The notes below the pieces were generated by a model that worked only from the letters and a program-made list of their open reading frames with translations, was not told where the DNA came from and made no database searches. A DNA stretch of 64,000 bases from a virus (lineage: Duplodnaviria > Caudoviricetes). The stretch is from IMG/VR virus record IMGVR_UViG_3300031994_000004. One strand, written 5' to 3'. This document shows, one piece after another, positions 50,823 through 60,653 of this stretch (positions are counted from its first letter, which is position 1; each line of letters opens with the position of its first letter). A program made the position numbers and the translations under genes.

Positions 50823-51176
50823 ATGACTGAAGAAGAATTAAAAACATTTTTGCTTGCCGAACTAAAACCATTTGTTAATAAAGTATTCTGGGACTCAGAT
50901 GGTATGTGGGCATCTGGAAAAAACAGTACATATATCGCATATTACAAGCGTGATGTTTCTACTGCTAAACCAGGTCTGTATATCACAAAATTTATAAGTG
51001 ACGATGGAGCAGTTGTTAATGAGAAAGGAGTATTGTATTGGGGTTCCTGGCCTGAAGAATTGAAAGTCAGTCTAAATGATGATGACGAAATTCGCAGGAG
51101 AGTTTACAACATTATCAAACGGATGAAAGAAATTGAGAACAACAAAAGAATGAAGAATATACAGAAGGATTTTTAA
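50823..51176 (+). CDS. DF-tail family protein
   Basis: GGAGG SD, starts MTEEEL; ends RMKNIQKDF. Confidence 0.8.
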   Translation: MTEEELKTFLLAELKPFVNKVFWDSDGMWASGKNSTYIAYYKRDVSTAKPGLYITKFISDDGAVVNEKGVLYWGSWPEELKVSLNDDDEIRRRVYNIIKRMKEIENNKRMKNIQKDF

Positions 51177-51559
51177 TGGGTAAGAAAACCAGTAATGTTT
51201 CGGATAAAGTAATTAGTTTGGGGAAAACTCTAATTGAGTTTGCTAAACAGTGCGATTATGTATATTCCGAAACTAACAACATTTATACTTATGGCCTGGA
51301 CATTGTTGCTAGACAGTTTAATCTTGGGGATAAATATGCTTCAATTTTCAGTTTAGGACAAGTAGGAAAACATAAGTGGGAAATTGGTTACTGGAAATCT
51401 TATAAAGACGAAGATCTATCTTATCATTACTTCAAAGATAACGAAATGGACTACAATAAAGAAGTTTCTATCTGGACAAAATATATTCAAAATTTTAGCA
51501 AAAAGATAAAGAAAAAATCTATATTTGAGCGAGAACAGAAAATTAAGGAGGACTTTTAA
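51176..51559 (+). CDS. DF-tail family protein
   Basis: Ends REQKIKEDF. Confidence 0.8.
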   Translation: MGKKTSNVSDKVISLGKTLIEFAKQCDYVYSETNNIYTYGLDIVARQFNLGDKYASIFSLGQVGKHKWEIGYWKSYKDEDLSYHYFKDNEMDYNKEVSIWTKYIQNFSKKIKKKSIFEREQKIKEDF

Positions 51560-51900
51560 TGACTTATACTTTTACAGAAGACGAAATAAAAATTTTTCTT
51601 GACTGGTCAGTTTATGCTCAGGGCGAAAAGAGCCATTTGGAACCTGAAGAAGAACAAATGATTAGACGATTGAACAAGATTGTTCGCAAAGATTTTGATG
51701 AACTTGATAATGAAGGAAAAGTTTATCGTTTCTGTGAAGAAAATGAATATCCGATTGGTTGGTATAGTCCCGCATATTCTTCGGGAGACCACAACACATA
51801 TTTCCAGATTGAAAAAGAAGGTAAGGAACCTTTGAACATTAACACGAATACTGATTACAAACAAGTTATCAAGCAGATTGTGAATTATTTTGAGGACTAA
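51559..51900 (+). CDS. Hypothetical protein
   Basis: TAATG-coupled. Confidence 0.7.
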   Translation: MTYTFTEDEIKIFLDWSVYAQGEKSHLEPEEEQMIRRLNKIVRKDFDELDNEGKVYRFCEENEYPIGWYSPAYSSGDHNTYFQIEKEGKEPLNINTNTDYKQVIKQIVNYFED

Positions 51901-51901
51901 A

Positions 51902-52360
51902 ATGAAACCAGTTTATCTTTACAGAAAGAACAAGGAAATGAATTGTGTGACAGCTATGATTGGAGCTGAAGTCAGAAATGCTATTCAAAACTGGCGTAAG
52001 GCAAACAAACTTCCACTTGACTTTCATGTTCCGACCTTGTGTGTTTACTACACAAAAGAAATTATGAAAACGGCTTTGATTGAAGGTGTAACTGACGCAA
52101 ATCCAAAGAACCCACATTTGTTTGAACTGTGCTTGGTGGATAATGTGGAATTTGTCAGTCCCAGAGATGAACTTGGTTTTTCAAAAACACAAGAAGAACG
52201 ATGGAAAGATTTTTTGGATTTTGACAAGCACGATTTAATCTTTTGGAGTCCACTTGGCGGGTCCATTGGTGTATGTGATTGTTTGAGTGGAAATGCTCCT
52301 GTCATTCAAAAGCAAGTTGACGAAGCAATTAAGAAAAATTATTTTAACTTGTATGTGTAA
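51902..52360 (+). CDS. Hypothetical protein
   Basis: GAGGA SD before ATG 51902. Confidence 0.7.
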   Translation: MKPVYLYRKNKEMNCVTAMIGAEVRNAIQNWRKANKLPLDFHVPTLCVYYTKEIMKTALIEGVTDANPKNPHLFELCLVDNVEFVSPRDELGFSKTQEERWKDFLDFDKHDLIFWSPLGGSIGVCDCLSGNAPVIQKQVDEAIKKNYFNLYV

Positions 52361-52362
52361 TT

Positions 52363-52731
52363 ATGACAAAAGATGAACTGAAAGATTATTGTTATTCTGT
52401 TGGTTTGATTGACACCAAAAATCCTGCGTGGGCTGAATCTAAATACACTAAGGGATATAGATACGGTGATAAATTTGTAAACTCTATGGATTTTATTGCT
52501 GGATGGGATGAAGATAAACAGTGTGTTGTTGTAGCCAAAAGTTGTGTAATTAACGAAGCATTCGTATATGAAGGACCGATCCGTATGGATGGTGCTGAAG
52601 CTGTTTATAATGATGAAGAAATTAAAGCTCGCATTAGTGAGTTAATCACATCGGTTCAAGAAAACATTAAGTTCCTTAAATGGAAACAAATGAAAAAGAA
52701 AATTAAGAAAATGGAAGGAGATTTTGAATGA
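52363..52731 (+). CDS. DF-tail family protein
   Basis: Ends KIKKMEGDFE. Confidence 0.8.
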   Translation: MTKDELKDYCYSVGLIDTKNPAWAESKYTKGYRYGDKFVNSMDFIAGWDEDKQCVVVAKSCVINEAFVYEGPIRMDGAEAVYNDEEIKARISELITSVQENIKFLKWKQMKKKIKKMEGDFE

Positions 52732-53015
52732 GTTTAGACCAATTTATGCTCTGGCGTTTTAGAATGCTTGAGGGTGTTTTGGACGGAATAAAATCTTGGA
52801 ACCTTAATGAGTGTGTATTCAATGATGGCAGTAAGATTACTTATGACATTAAGAATGAACTAATCACGATTGAAACACCGAAGAAAAGCGACATTATGTT
52901 GTTCGCAAATGTAACGAAAGAAAAGCTTGCCGAATTTGGATTTAAAGAAAGAGGTCCTGAAACCCGACATGCTGCCTCTTACGATAAGGGAACTTATACT
53001 TTCCAATACAAGTAA
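52728..53015 (+). CDS. Hypothetical protein
   Basis: ATGA overlap. Confidence 0.7.
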   Translation: MSLDQFMLWRFRMLEGVLDGIKSWNLNECVFNDGSKITYDIKNELITIETPKKSDIMLFANVTKEKLAEFGFKERGPETRHAASYDKGTYTFQYK

Positions 53016-53027
53016 AGGAGAAAGACT

Positions 53028-53300
53028 ATGACGTACGCAGTTATTTTTACCCGTAACGATGGATGGACTGGTGTAACTACGATTGAAGCTATTAAGCCAA
53101 CCTATGACAAAGCTATGGTTGAAGCAGAAAAGCAAGTAAAAGACATTATGAAAACCCAACATCTTAAGGGCTCAGTTCAAGATAACATTAAGAATGGAAA
53201 GATTGAATTTGAAGATTCCGATTTCTTTGACAGTAGAATTAAGGCAAACTTTGTTTTCACAGAAAGCAAGCTTGAAGTTCTTATTCAGGAGCTTCCATAA
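53028..53300 (+). CDS. Hypothetical protein
   Basis: AAGGAG SD. Confidence 0.7.
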   Translation: MTYAVIFTRNDGWTGVTTIEAIKPTYDKAMVEAEKQVKDIMKTQHLKGSVQDNIKNGKIEFEDSDFFDSRIKANFVFTESKLEVLIQELP

Positions 53301-53521
53301 TGAAACACTATTACGATAAGGATAACAAAGAACTAAACAGATATGTAATCACAGTTCCTATTGATGGTGAATTGTGGTACTTTAAGAGATATGCGAAAAC
53401 AGAAAAGGAAGCAAAAGCAGATTTCATTCCATTTCTTTATATGGCATACAAATTATTTGTTAAACCCGAAGATGTAACTGTAACTGAAGACCCAAGTTTC
53501 CCAATGGCATACAATGGATAG
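53300..53521 (+). CDS. Hypothetical protein
   Basis: TAATG-coupled. Confidence 0.7.
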   Translation: MKHYYDKDNKELNRYVITVPIDGELWYFKRYAKTEKEAKADFIPFLYMAYKLFVKPEDVTVTEDPSFPMAYNG

Positions 53522-54356
53522 TTTTAACAGACCAATTTATATCATAACCGGCTTAATGGGCAGTGGAAAATCTACTGTGGCTAATTTCTTCAAGTTAAGA
53601 CACTTTGAAGTTCTTAATATGGATGAAATTTCTAAGGACATTATGTTAACTGACGCCGATATGAAAGTCGCACTGATTTCCGCATTTGGTAAAAATGCGA
53701 TTAACGAAGATGCTTCCTACAATATAGATTATATCAAAGGTGTTTATTTTGATCCGCTATTTGATACTGAACGAGAACAGTTTGAACACGATTTGGATAT
53801 AAAAATCAGAGACATTTTCTTATCACCAAACAGGTATTTTGATGTTGAAAAAGAAGGTGTGCCACTGATTATGGAAATTCCTTCTTTTAATCTGAAGAGA
53901 TTTGAAAGAATTTATCACTGCTTTTTCACTGAAATTAAATATGTGATAAATGTAAGCGCCAATTATAAGGACAGAATGGATAGAGTACACCAGCGTGGAT
54001 TGTCTGATGAAGAAATTTCTAATCGCAGTAGACTTCAAACTGATTACAGTTATCCACAAAATCAACCTGATATAGTTGGTGATAAATTCTGTAATATAGA
54101 TAATGTTGGCTCGGTAGAAGAACTCTATGACAATGTAACTAAACTGATGGAACATCCAGATTTCTTTGACGAAAAAACCAAAGACAAAATCTTTGACGAT
54201 TATATGAGTAATATGCCGAGTTATGTAAGAGCGAATATGAAATGTTATGTTTATTACAATTCTACTGGTTGTGGCAGTTGCCCATGTCCTTGTAAGAGTT
54301 CGGATAGACATTTTGAAGAAACTGTTAAATCCAAATTGAAGGTAAAAAATGCTTAA
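53514..54356 (+). CDS. coaE: Dephospho-CoA kinase-like protein with Cys-rich C-terminal extension
   Basis: ITGLMGSGKSTVA, NMDEISK, LISAFG, MEIP, RMDRVHQRGLS...RSRLQ, IDNVGSVEEL. Confidence 0.75.
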   Translation: MDSFNRPIYIITGLMGSGKSTVANFFKLRHFEVLNMDEISKDIMLTDADMKVALISAFGKNAINEDASYNIDYIKGVYFDPLFDTEREQFEHDLDIKIRDIFLSPNRYFDVEKEGVPLIMEIPSFNLKRFERIYHCFFTEIKYVINVSANYKDRMDRVHQRGLSDEEISNRSRLQTDYSYPQNQPDIVGDKFCNIDNVGSVEELYDNVTKLMEHPDFFDEKTKDKIFDDYMSNMPSYVRANMKCYVYYNSTGCGSCPCPCKSSDRHFEETVKSKLKVKNA

Positions 54357-54492
54357 TTTCTTGTGTAATTTGTTTATGTTGTTTTTCACAGTTCTAATGA
54401 CCTTGATAATGATTCCAATTTGCTTGGTTATTGCTGCGATTGACTTAATTCCTTTTCCCGACATTTTTAAAAGTTCGGATGATGATGAGTAA
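54349..54492 (+). CDS. Small membrane protein (47 aa; not in ORF track)
   Basis: MLNFLCNLFMLFFTVLMTLIMIPICLVIAAI... Confidence 0.5.
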   Translation: MLNFLCNLFMLFFTVLMTLIMIPICLVIAAIDLIPFPDIFKSSDDDE

Positions 54493-54542
54493 ATAAAAAT
54501 TTACAAAAAATCTATTGTTTTTCTCTAAAAATTTGCTATATT
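54488..54542 (+). promoter_or_regulatory. Variant promoter cassette
   Basis: Box 54488-54505, TTGTTT 9 bp downstream, TATATT 54537. Confidence 0.6.
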
Positions 54543-54565
54543 AAATAGAAAAGAAAGGAACTTAT

Positions 54566-54949
54566 ATGGAAGATTTACTAGGCAGAGAAAATGTAAATTT
54601 CTCGCTCGTTAAGCCTGAAGAAAATGACGAACGTGCGAAGAAATTTAAAGAACAGAGAATGACAAGGGGTTTTGATGATTCCGAAACTTGGAGTTTGGAT
54701 ATAACGATTGCCAAATTTCTTGTCCCTCGTTTGAAGGCTTTTAAGGAATGTGATAATGGTTATCCATCCCGTCTAACAGAAAAGAAGTGGAACAAAATCC
54801 TTGATGAAATGATTGAAGGATTTGAACTGCACTGCACTAAAGACGAATGGGAATTTGAACCGGACCTTAACGCACGAAATGAAAAGTTTGCAAAGGTCAA
54901 TAAGGCACTAAAACTATTCTCAAAACACTTTTACGATTTATGGTGGTAA
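54566..54949 (+). CDS. Conserved-looking phage hypothetical protein
   Basis: ETWSLDITIAKFLVPRLKAFK...GYP...WNKILDEMIEGF pattern familiar from large phages. Confidence 0.75.
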   Translation: MEDLLGRENVNFSLVKPEENDERAKKFKEQRMTRGFDDSETWSLDITIAKFLVPRLKAFKECDNGYPSRLTEKKWNKILDEMIEGFELHCTKDEWEFEPDLNARNEKFAKVNKALKLFSKHFYDLWW

Positions 54950-54950
54950 T

Positions 54951-55154
54951 ATGGAAGAACTTAAAAAGATAGTAACTGACATTTTTAAAGGTTCACTCAA
55001 ATACTTTGTACCAACAATAGCTGTAGCACTAGCAGTTTGTGTTCCATTTGCGACTGCATATTATTTAGGTGCTTTAGCTTGTATAATTTCATTGGTTATT
55101 CTTGTGCCACTTTTGATTAGCACAATTAACTATTGTATTGAAAATCACATTTAA
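54951..55154 (+). CDS. Small membrane protein
   Basis: Two hydrophobic segments. Confidence 0.65.
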   Translation: MEELKKIVTDIFKGSLKYFVPTIAVALAVCVPFATAYYLGALACIISLVILVPLLISTINYCIENHI

Positions 55155-55172
55155 ACTAATAAGGAGATAAAT

Positions 55173-55331
55173 ATGACTCAAGATGATTTGGAATTGATGC
55201 TCGGTAAGGACGAAAAGGTCGCAGAACAGATTAAGGACTATCTGCGTAAACATCTTTCGGACCTCTCAAAGGACACCGGGATGACCAAAGCAGAACTGGA
55301 TGATTACATTGAAAGATTGATGGTGGCATAA
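55173..55331 (+). CDS. Small hypothetical protein (52 aa; not in ORF track)
   Basis: AAGGAG SD; MTQDDLELMLGKDEK... Confidence 0.65.
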   Translation: MTQDDLELMLGKDEKVAEQIKDYLRKHLSDLSKDTGMTKAELDDYIERLMVA

Positions 55332-55332
55332 T

Positions 55333-55503
55333 ATGAATGTGGATAAAGTAGCAAAAATTATCAGTGAGTATTTAACCTGTGTATTGAGCTTAGCTTTATT
55401 CACCTTTTTGTTTAGCCTTCCTTTGGAATGGTGGAGTTTTCTAATTTACTCCGTCATTTTATTTGGATTTGTTAAACTTTCTGTATGGGCAAGTGAACGA
55501 TGA
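55333..55503 (+). CDS. Small membrane protein (56 aa; not in ORF track)
   Basis: Two hydrophobic segments; ATGA overlap with next gene. Confidence 0.6.
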   Translation: MNVDKVAKIISEYLTCVLSLALFTFLFSLPLEWWSFLIYSVILFGFVKLSVWASER

Positions 55504-55697
55504 AATACACGATTAAATTTGATTTTCCAACAGGTCCAGCATATCCGAGAGTGGGCGGTGGTTTTGATAACGAAATTTCAAAAGACACTCGCACTTGGGA
55601 TGACGCAGTTATTGCGGCTAGATTTGCTGAAGATATGTGCGGAAAATATGGATATACAGTATTACCGGTAGAAGATAATGATAGTTCTAGAAGTTAA
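55500..55697 (+). CDS. Hypothetical protein
   Basis: Coupled ORF. Confidence 0.65.
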   Translation: MKYTIKFDFPTGPAYPRVGGGFDNEISKDTRTWDDAVIAARFAEDMCGKYGYTVLPVEDNDSSRS

Positions 55698-56040
55698 ATT
55701 TGTTTCAAATGAAAATGATTTTGTTAGTATGAGCGCAGATGTTCTTGGTAAAACGAGAGATATGCAAGCTCTTGCTGAAGAAAAAGAATTTGAAGATACA
55801 ATTATCCCAGTTGCTATGAACCAAATTAACGAACTGTATAATAATGTTAGTCTGGTGAACAATGAAAACCTATGTATAGATATGATGAATGTTTTGGTTG
55901 CCAGAGCCAAAAAATTTAATTATATTTTAAAGAGATTAGGTCAAAACGATAAATACCCTGGTGTTTATCAGTTAGAATTTGGGAAAGCAAATGATAGCAG
56001 ATTTATGGGAAACAATAAAACAATCGGCAAAAAAGTATAA
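55678..56040 (+). CDS. Hypothetical protein
   Basis: ORF in operon. Confidence 0.65.
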   Translation: MIVLEVKFVSNENDFVSMSADVLGKTRDMQALAEEKEFEDTIIPVAMNQINELYNNVSLVNNENLCIDMMNVLVARAKKFNYILKRLGQNDKYPGVYQLEFGKANDSRFMGNNKTIGKKV

Positions 56041-56239
56041 GGAGAATGGTGCTTATTTAGCTTACGATGTGAACGCAAATGAAGTTTCTGTCTGGAAAGA
56101 AGGATATGAAGAAATTTGTTATTACAAAGTAAATCTAAATCAGCTCATTGACCTTGGATTTGATTACGATGTCTTGGCGAACCTGGTATTTTTGAACTTT
56201 ATGAATAGTAAGGACTTATATGAAAAAGCAGACCATTGA
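55991..56239 (+). CDS. Hypothetical protein
   Basis: ORF in operon; start uncertain. Confidence 0.6.
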   Translation: MIADLWETIKQSAKKYKENGAYLAYDVNANEVSVWKEGYEEICYYKVNLNQLIDLGFDYDVLANLVFLNFMNSKDLYEKADH

Positions 56240-56474
56240 GTTTATGGCGAAAATGAAGAACTTTGAAATCAAGCGTAAGCTTGAAGAATCCGAAGAAGAT
56301 ACTCTGAAAAGATACCATAAAACCAAGTTGAATATGTGTTACGATTACTTGAAGTTGTTAATTAGTATGAACAACGGCAGCGACAATTTGAAGGAAGATT
56401 ACATAGAAATTAAGAAACTCACAACTGAATTTGAAAAAGATTTTTTGAGGTGGAAAGATGCGAAAACTCATTGA
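56220..56474 (+). CDS. Hypothetical protein
   Basis: AAGGA SD. Confidence 0.65.
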   Translation: MKKQTIEFMAKMKNFEIKRKLEESEEDTLKRYHKTKLNMCYDYLKLLISMNNGSDNLKEDYIEIKKLTTEFEKDFLRWKDAKTH

Positions 56475-56889
56475 CATTTTTAAAGGCCTACTTAATTATT
56501 TAAATCCATTCAATGCGAAATTTTTACAGTCCGATTGGTTAAAAGAAAAAGAACTGTTTGACCGCAATTATCATCATTATGTGTTGACTGAACATTGTAG
56601 AACACGAATGAAAGAAAGACGAATAATTTACAGAGATTTGAATCTGGCTTTTAAGTATGGTAAACTCATTGGAAATCAAATCCTGTTAGACATTAGCCAT
56701 ATTCCAGATGAATGCTTTCAGGGACTAACGAACCAACAGATTAAACATATTTTGGGTCATTTGCCGCTTGTCATTACGATTAAGCCAGGCACGAAGATTA
56801 TTACAACTGTGTATAAGGGTAATAATACTTTGCGTGATAAAGATGACATTAAAATGTTAAACGAAATTTACAAATCTATGGAGAAATAG
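56458..56889 (+). CDS. DUF4258-like (BrnT/RelE-fold) protein
   Basis: YVLTEHCRTRMKERRI...IITTVY. Confidence 0.55.
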   Translation: MRKLIDIFKGLLNYLNPFNAKFLQSDWLKEKELFDRNYHHYVLTEHCRTRMKERRIIYRDLNLAFKYGKLIGNQILLDISHIPDECFQGLTNQQIKHILGHLPLVITIKPGTKIITTVYKGNNTLRDKDDIKMLNEIYKSMEK

Positions 56890-56890
56890 G

Positions 56891-57049
56891 ATGTCAGTAC
56901 TTGTCAGGACTTTGCTCATAAGCGTGTTTTTACTTATGTTGATTGGTTGTAATGATAATACTACAACTGCCCCAGAGTGTTCAAGTACTGGCACTTATAC
57001 GATTATTTCTAGTGATGGTGAATACAATACTGACTATTGTATAAAGTGA
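56891..57049 (+). CDS. Small lipoprotein (52 aa; not in ORF track)
   Basis: Hydrophobic stretch and lipobox LIGC. Confidence 0.55.
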   Translation: MSVLVRTLLISVFLLMLIGCNDNTTTAPECSSTGTYTIISSDGEYNTDYCIK

Positions 57050-57055
57050 GGGACT

Positions 57056-57526
57056 ATGAAAAAGATACAGATTCTCCCGAAATATAAGTTTGATTATTTT
57101 ATGCAGCAGAACGGCTGGAATGATTTGAACATTCCGTCTGACACAGCATTCATTTCTATTTGTTGTAAGAAGAACATAAAAGAAAATTATTTGAGAGATT
57201 TCAAACACAGAGAAGACTTTCATTGGTTTAAACGAAACCACCCGAATGTTCTAAATGTGGATTTTGACGATGTAATTCAACCCGAAATTGAAACCAGATG
57301 GGGTATGGCTTACGGGATTGACGATTACACAGCTAAAGAGATTGTTCAGTTTGCCTTAGACAATATGGAAAAGGACACACTAATGATTCACTGTATGGCA
57401 GGTAAAAGCAGAAGTGTAGCTGTCGGAAAAGCATTGAGTGAATTATTGGATTGTAAGTTCACTTGTTTTTATGGAACTGACAATATGAATGAATTTGTTT
57501 ACAAGAAAATAAAGGACAATATATGA
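57056..57526 (+). CDS. Protein-tyrosine/dual-specificity phosphatase-like protein
   Basis: FDDV loop and HCMAGKSRS (CX5R). Confidence 0.85.
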   Translation: MKKIQILPKYKFDYFMQQNGWNDLNIPSDTAFISICCKKNIKENYLRDFKHREDFHWFKRNHPNVLNVDFDDVIQPEIETRWGMAYGIDDYTAKEIVQFALDNMEKDTLMIHCMAGKSRSVAVGKALSELLDCKFTCFYGTDNMNEFVYKKIKDNI

Positions 57527-57732
57527 TTTGTATGGAAGAACTAACTGCGACAATTAAAAGACTTCAACTGTTGAAAGATAATACAGATAGTCCTGAAGAA
57601 ATTGTGGCAACCGATTTAATGATTACTAACCTTACCAATTTGGCTAGACAGTTCGGTATGTTGCTAGATTCTCCTGAATTTAAACAAATGGTAGAAGAAT
57701 ACAAAATAAATTCAAAAATAAAGGATGATTAA
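57523..57732 (+). CDS. Hypothetical protein
   Basis: ATGA overlap. Confidence 0.65.
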   Translation: MICMEELTATIKRLQLLKDNTDSPEEIVATDLMITNLTNLARQFGMLLDSPEFKQMVEEYKINSKIKDD

Positions 57733-58036
57733 GATTATAGACAACATAACAGTTATTCTTTGGCGATGGACTCACAGAATTAAAAAGACTAATTGGATTC
57801 ACGGTCATCAGTTGACAACTAAAATTTACGCACCTCAATGGTGGTTTATTTGGTGGCATTATTACTGGTATGACATTGGTTATCAGGCAGTTGCTCCTGA
57901 AACATTTGACACAATGGCAGCCGCTTATGATTTCGTAACTCCATATTGGATGCCGGAAAAAGAATGTAAACTAGAATTTTACAAAAAGCAGGACGAAATT
58001 GACAAAAAGTTAGACGAAGCTAATAAAGATTTCTAA
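57725..58036 (+). CDS. DF-tail family protein (Trp-rich)
   Basis: Ends KLDEANKDF. Confidence 0.75.
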   Translation: MIKIIDNITVILWRWTHRIKKTNWIHGHQLTTKIYAPQWWFIWWHYYWYDIGYQAVAPETFDTMAAAYDFVTPYWMPEKECKLEFYKKQDEIDKKLDEANKDF

Positions 58037-58038
58037 TT

Positions 58039-58104
58039 TGTAAATTTAATTTTACAAAACTTCTCTAAAATCTCATTGACAAACAATGAGATTTTTTCTA
58101 TATT
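58039..58104 (+). promoter_or_regulatory. Early promoter cassette
   Basis: Box 58039-58056, TTGACA 58076, TATATT 58099, perfect 12-bp hairpin. Confidence 0.85.
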
Positions 58105-58129
58105 ATAATCATACAAAAGAGGTAACATT

Positions 58130-58456
58130 ATGGATTTAAATACATTTCTTCCAATCGCAAAGAAGTTTGGCTTGCTTATAAACAAATGCCATAACGGAAA
58201 TGTGGAGTTTTATATTGACAAAAACAAATTTAATACTCCATATAACGGTTGGGTTTGTACTTATTACAAGCAGACAAATAAAATGGGAAATCCCAGAATG
58301 AAAGTTTGGAAATTGGGAAATGATGTAGATGGTTTTGATTTATGCTGGGGTTCAAATATAAATCTGAGAGATGATTTGATTTTTGAAAAGCCCAAATTTG
58401 TAGAACGGGCCCTGACAGAAATGTTTAAGAGATTGGAAAAATTCAAAAGGAGATAA
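58130..58456 (+). CDS. Hypothetical early protein (family-like body, no DF tail)
   Basis: FLPIAKKFGL N-terminus; GAGGT SD. Confidence 0.7.
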   Translation: MDLNTFLPIAKKFGLLINKCHNGNVEFYIDKNKFNTPYNGWVCTYYKQTNKMGNPRMKVWKLGNDVDGFDLCWGSNINLRDDLIFEKPKFVERALTEMFKRLEKFKRR

Positions 58457-58460
58457 CAAA

Positions 58461-58643
58461 ATGGATTGGCTTAAAGCTCAACAAATTAGAACAGGTATTC
58501 CACAAAACGCAACTGTCGCAGATTTGATTGCGATTTTACAGAAACTCCCGCAAAATTGGCCTGTAGTAAACGCAGACGAAGGACCATTGTGTGAAATTGT
58601 AGTCGCAACTGACGGACGGGATAAACAGGTACAAGTTTACTAA
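58461..58643 (+). CDS. Small hypothetical protein
   Basis: TVADLIAILQKLPQNWPV, a common small phage protein pattern. Confidence 0.7.
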   Translation: MDWLKAQQIRTGIPQNATVADLIAILQKLPQNWPVVNADEGPLCEIVVATDGRDKQVQVY

Positions 58644-58652
58644 GGACAGAAA

Positions 58653-59039
58653 ATGACATATACTTTATATCTGGCTCTAATAGTTCCAATTTTCTTAGGT
58701 GCGATTATTAGTTTAATTTGTGCTATTATATCGGTAGCTTGGGATGATGATGAAAGAAATGTCTGTGTTTATGGTTATGTTGGGATTGGTCTTGCCGTAA
58801 CTGGGTTTATGATTGTTATTCTTTCACCTGACCGACCTACAATAATTGAAAACAGTTACTACAAAATTCTTAATTCTCGCCCGGAATGTGTGAAGGATGT
58901 AGTGGATAACGATTTTACAACTGTTTCATTGGATTGTGCTGAAAAATACATTGACTACAGGACAGATTCTTTGAAAGCAGCAAAAGATTATTTTGAAATC
59001 AAAGAACAGATTTTGAAAAAGTTGAAGGAGACAAAGTGA
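58653..59039 (+). CDS. Membrane protein
   Basis: Two N-terminal TM helices. Confidence 0.7.
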   Translation: MTYTLYLALIVPIFLGAIISLICAIISVAWDDDERNVCVYGYVGIGLAVTGFMIVILSPDRPTIIENSYYKILNSRPECVKDVVDNDFTTVSLDCAEKYIDYRTDSLKAAKDYFEIKEQILKKLKETK

Positions 59040-59293
59040 ATAAAATAATTTTGGCAACGGCAGTTGCTCTCATTGGGTGTAGTGGTGGTGAAACTACATC
59101 ATCGCCAAAGTGCGAATCAGTTGACTTGACATTTGAAGATATATCGTGTGTTCCAGGTCCGAACTGTAAATACGGAACATACGCAACTGATTGGTTGAAT
59201 GGGGCTTGTGTGAAAGCAAAACTTGGTAGCGGTCATGATTGCGACAGTTATCGTTCAAATTACATATTAACTATTAACGAATGCGAGGAATAA
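59036..59293 (+). CDS. Cys-rich lipoprotein
   Basis: Lipobox ALIGC and six further Cys. Confidence 0.7.
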   Translation: MNKIILATAVALIGCSGGETTSSPKCESVDLTFEDISCVPGPNCKYGTYATDWLNGACVKAKLGSGHDCDSYRSNYILTINECEE

Positions 59294-59295
59294 AA

Positions 59296-59487
59296 ATGCA
59301 AAATGCTATTAAGAAGTATTTCTTTTTGACCCTCCCCATTTGCCTTATTGGGTGTTTCTTAATGATTTTACTTGAGAAGATGTGGGAAACTAACTTCGGC
59401 CTTATCCCATTCTTCATTTGGGGTTTTCTCAGTGCTTACATTTCCGAAGGTGTAAACAACAAGCTTAATTTGTTCCCAAATGAATAA
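59296..59487 (+). CDS. Small membrane protein
   Basis: GAGGA SD; two TM segments. Confidence 0.65.
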   Translation: MQNAIKKYFFLTLPICLIGCFLMILLEKMWETNFGLIPFFIWGFLSAYISEGVNNKLNLFPNE

Positions 59488-59815
59488 AACGATTTTTACA
59501 GAAATTTGCACTAAATACGGGTTTCGTGTTGAAAAAGAAATTGCCCCGTGGAATGATGGCGGTGATTGGTATGTTGCTTATATGCCAAGCGACAAATTCA
59601 ATGTAGCAGTTGCGGCTTATGACCCTGAAGATGAAGATGTTGCCACAATTTGTATTTCATTGAAAAAGAAAAATCTTCCAGTCAAAATTAAAGTTGCTAA
59701 CACAAAAGATGTAAGAACTGTGGAAGATTTGGAACGAGCTTGTATGGAATTAAATGTAAAATTCAAAGAAATGTTAGAACAAATTAAACTAGAACAAATT
59801 AACTCAGATTTCTAA
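59480..59815 (+). CDS. DF-tail family protein (paralog of 60653)
   Basis: Ends KLEQINSDF. Confidence 0.8.
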   Translation: MNKTIFTEICTKYGFRVEKEIAPWNDGGDWYVAYMPSDKFNVAVAAYDPEDEDVATICISLKKKNLPVKIKVANTKDVRTVEDLERACMELNVKFKEMLEQIKLEQINSDF

Positions 59816-59827
59816 AGGAGAATAAAA

Positions 59828-60166
59828 ATGCTTACAACATCTACTATTGACTATATGCCAAAAATCCTGAAGTCATTTAGAAAGTACATTGAGAAATACG
59901 ATTGTACTTATACGATTTCAAAGAGTGAGTCATTTCCTGGCGAAATATGTTATACTCTAATTTTCTATCACGCAGGTAGTAATATGCCATATCTGTTGGT
60001 AACTCAACACGATTCTAGCAAGCACGCAACTATCTATGTGAACAAGTACGCAGATAACTGGTCTAAGAGCGATTGTAAGCTTCGTGAAGAATGTGTCATT
60101 TCAAATAACATAACAGAATTTATTAAGGCCATTCGTGAATGTTCCATTTCAGGAGAACAAAAATGA
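59828..60166 (+). CDS. Hypothetical protein
   Basis: AAGGAG SD. Confidence 0.7.
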   Translation: MLTTSTIDYMPKILKSFRKYIEKYDCTYTISKSESFPGEICYTLIFYHAGSNMPYLLVTQHDSSKHATIYVNKYADNWSKSDCKLREECVISNNITEFIKAIRECSISGEQK

Positions 60167-60390
60167 TTGACAATTACGATTACCCACTTCACGATGAAGA
60201 ACACGAAATCTTACCGAGTGGAATAAAACTTAAGAAGTCATGTCCTGTATGTGAAAAAGGAGCTTCACTGATAAGTCAGTTCGGTTATCGTGTTTATATC
60301 TTAAATAATAAGCTCTGTTTGGAAGGACCAGATGGAATTTGTTGTTCTGATACATTAACAACTTGTCCAAAATGCGGGAGAAGTCTATGA
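60163..60390 (+). CDS. Small zinc-ribbon protein
   Basis: CPVC ... CPKCGRSL. Confidence 0.7.
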   Translation: MIDNYDYPLHDEEHEILPSGIKLKKSCPVCEKGASLISQFGYRVYILNNKLCLEGPDGICCSDTLTTCPKCGRSL

Positions 60391-60653
60391 AAGAATACTT
60401 ATGGGAAGTAGTAAAGAATACGGGAATGATTGTTGTCGGCGTTTCTGTTTTAGCACTGTATTTTATAGGATTGATTTTCTCAGTTTGTATTGCGTTACTA
60501 CCAATGTTCGTAGGAATTTATCTGAACGATTGTTTAGGATTTGATAAGTTGACTGTTGGAATTCCTTCGTTTATTATTACTATCCCGTGGGCCGTTGCGT
60601 GGTTTACGCTTCTCTCAAAAATTGACGATAAATTTAAACTGGGAATTTTCTAA
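60387..60653 (+). CDS. Membrane protein
   Basis: 2-3 TM segments. Confidence 0.7.
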   Translation: MKEYLWEVVKNTGMIVVGVSVLALYFIGLIFSVCIALLPMFVGIYLNDCLGFDKLTVGIPSFIITIPWAVAWFTLLSKIDDKFKLGIF

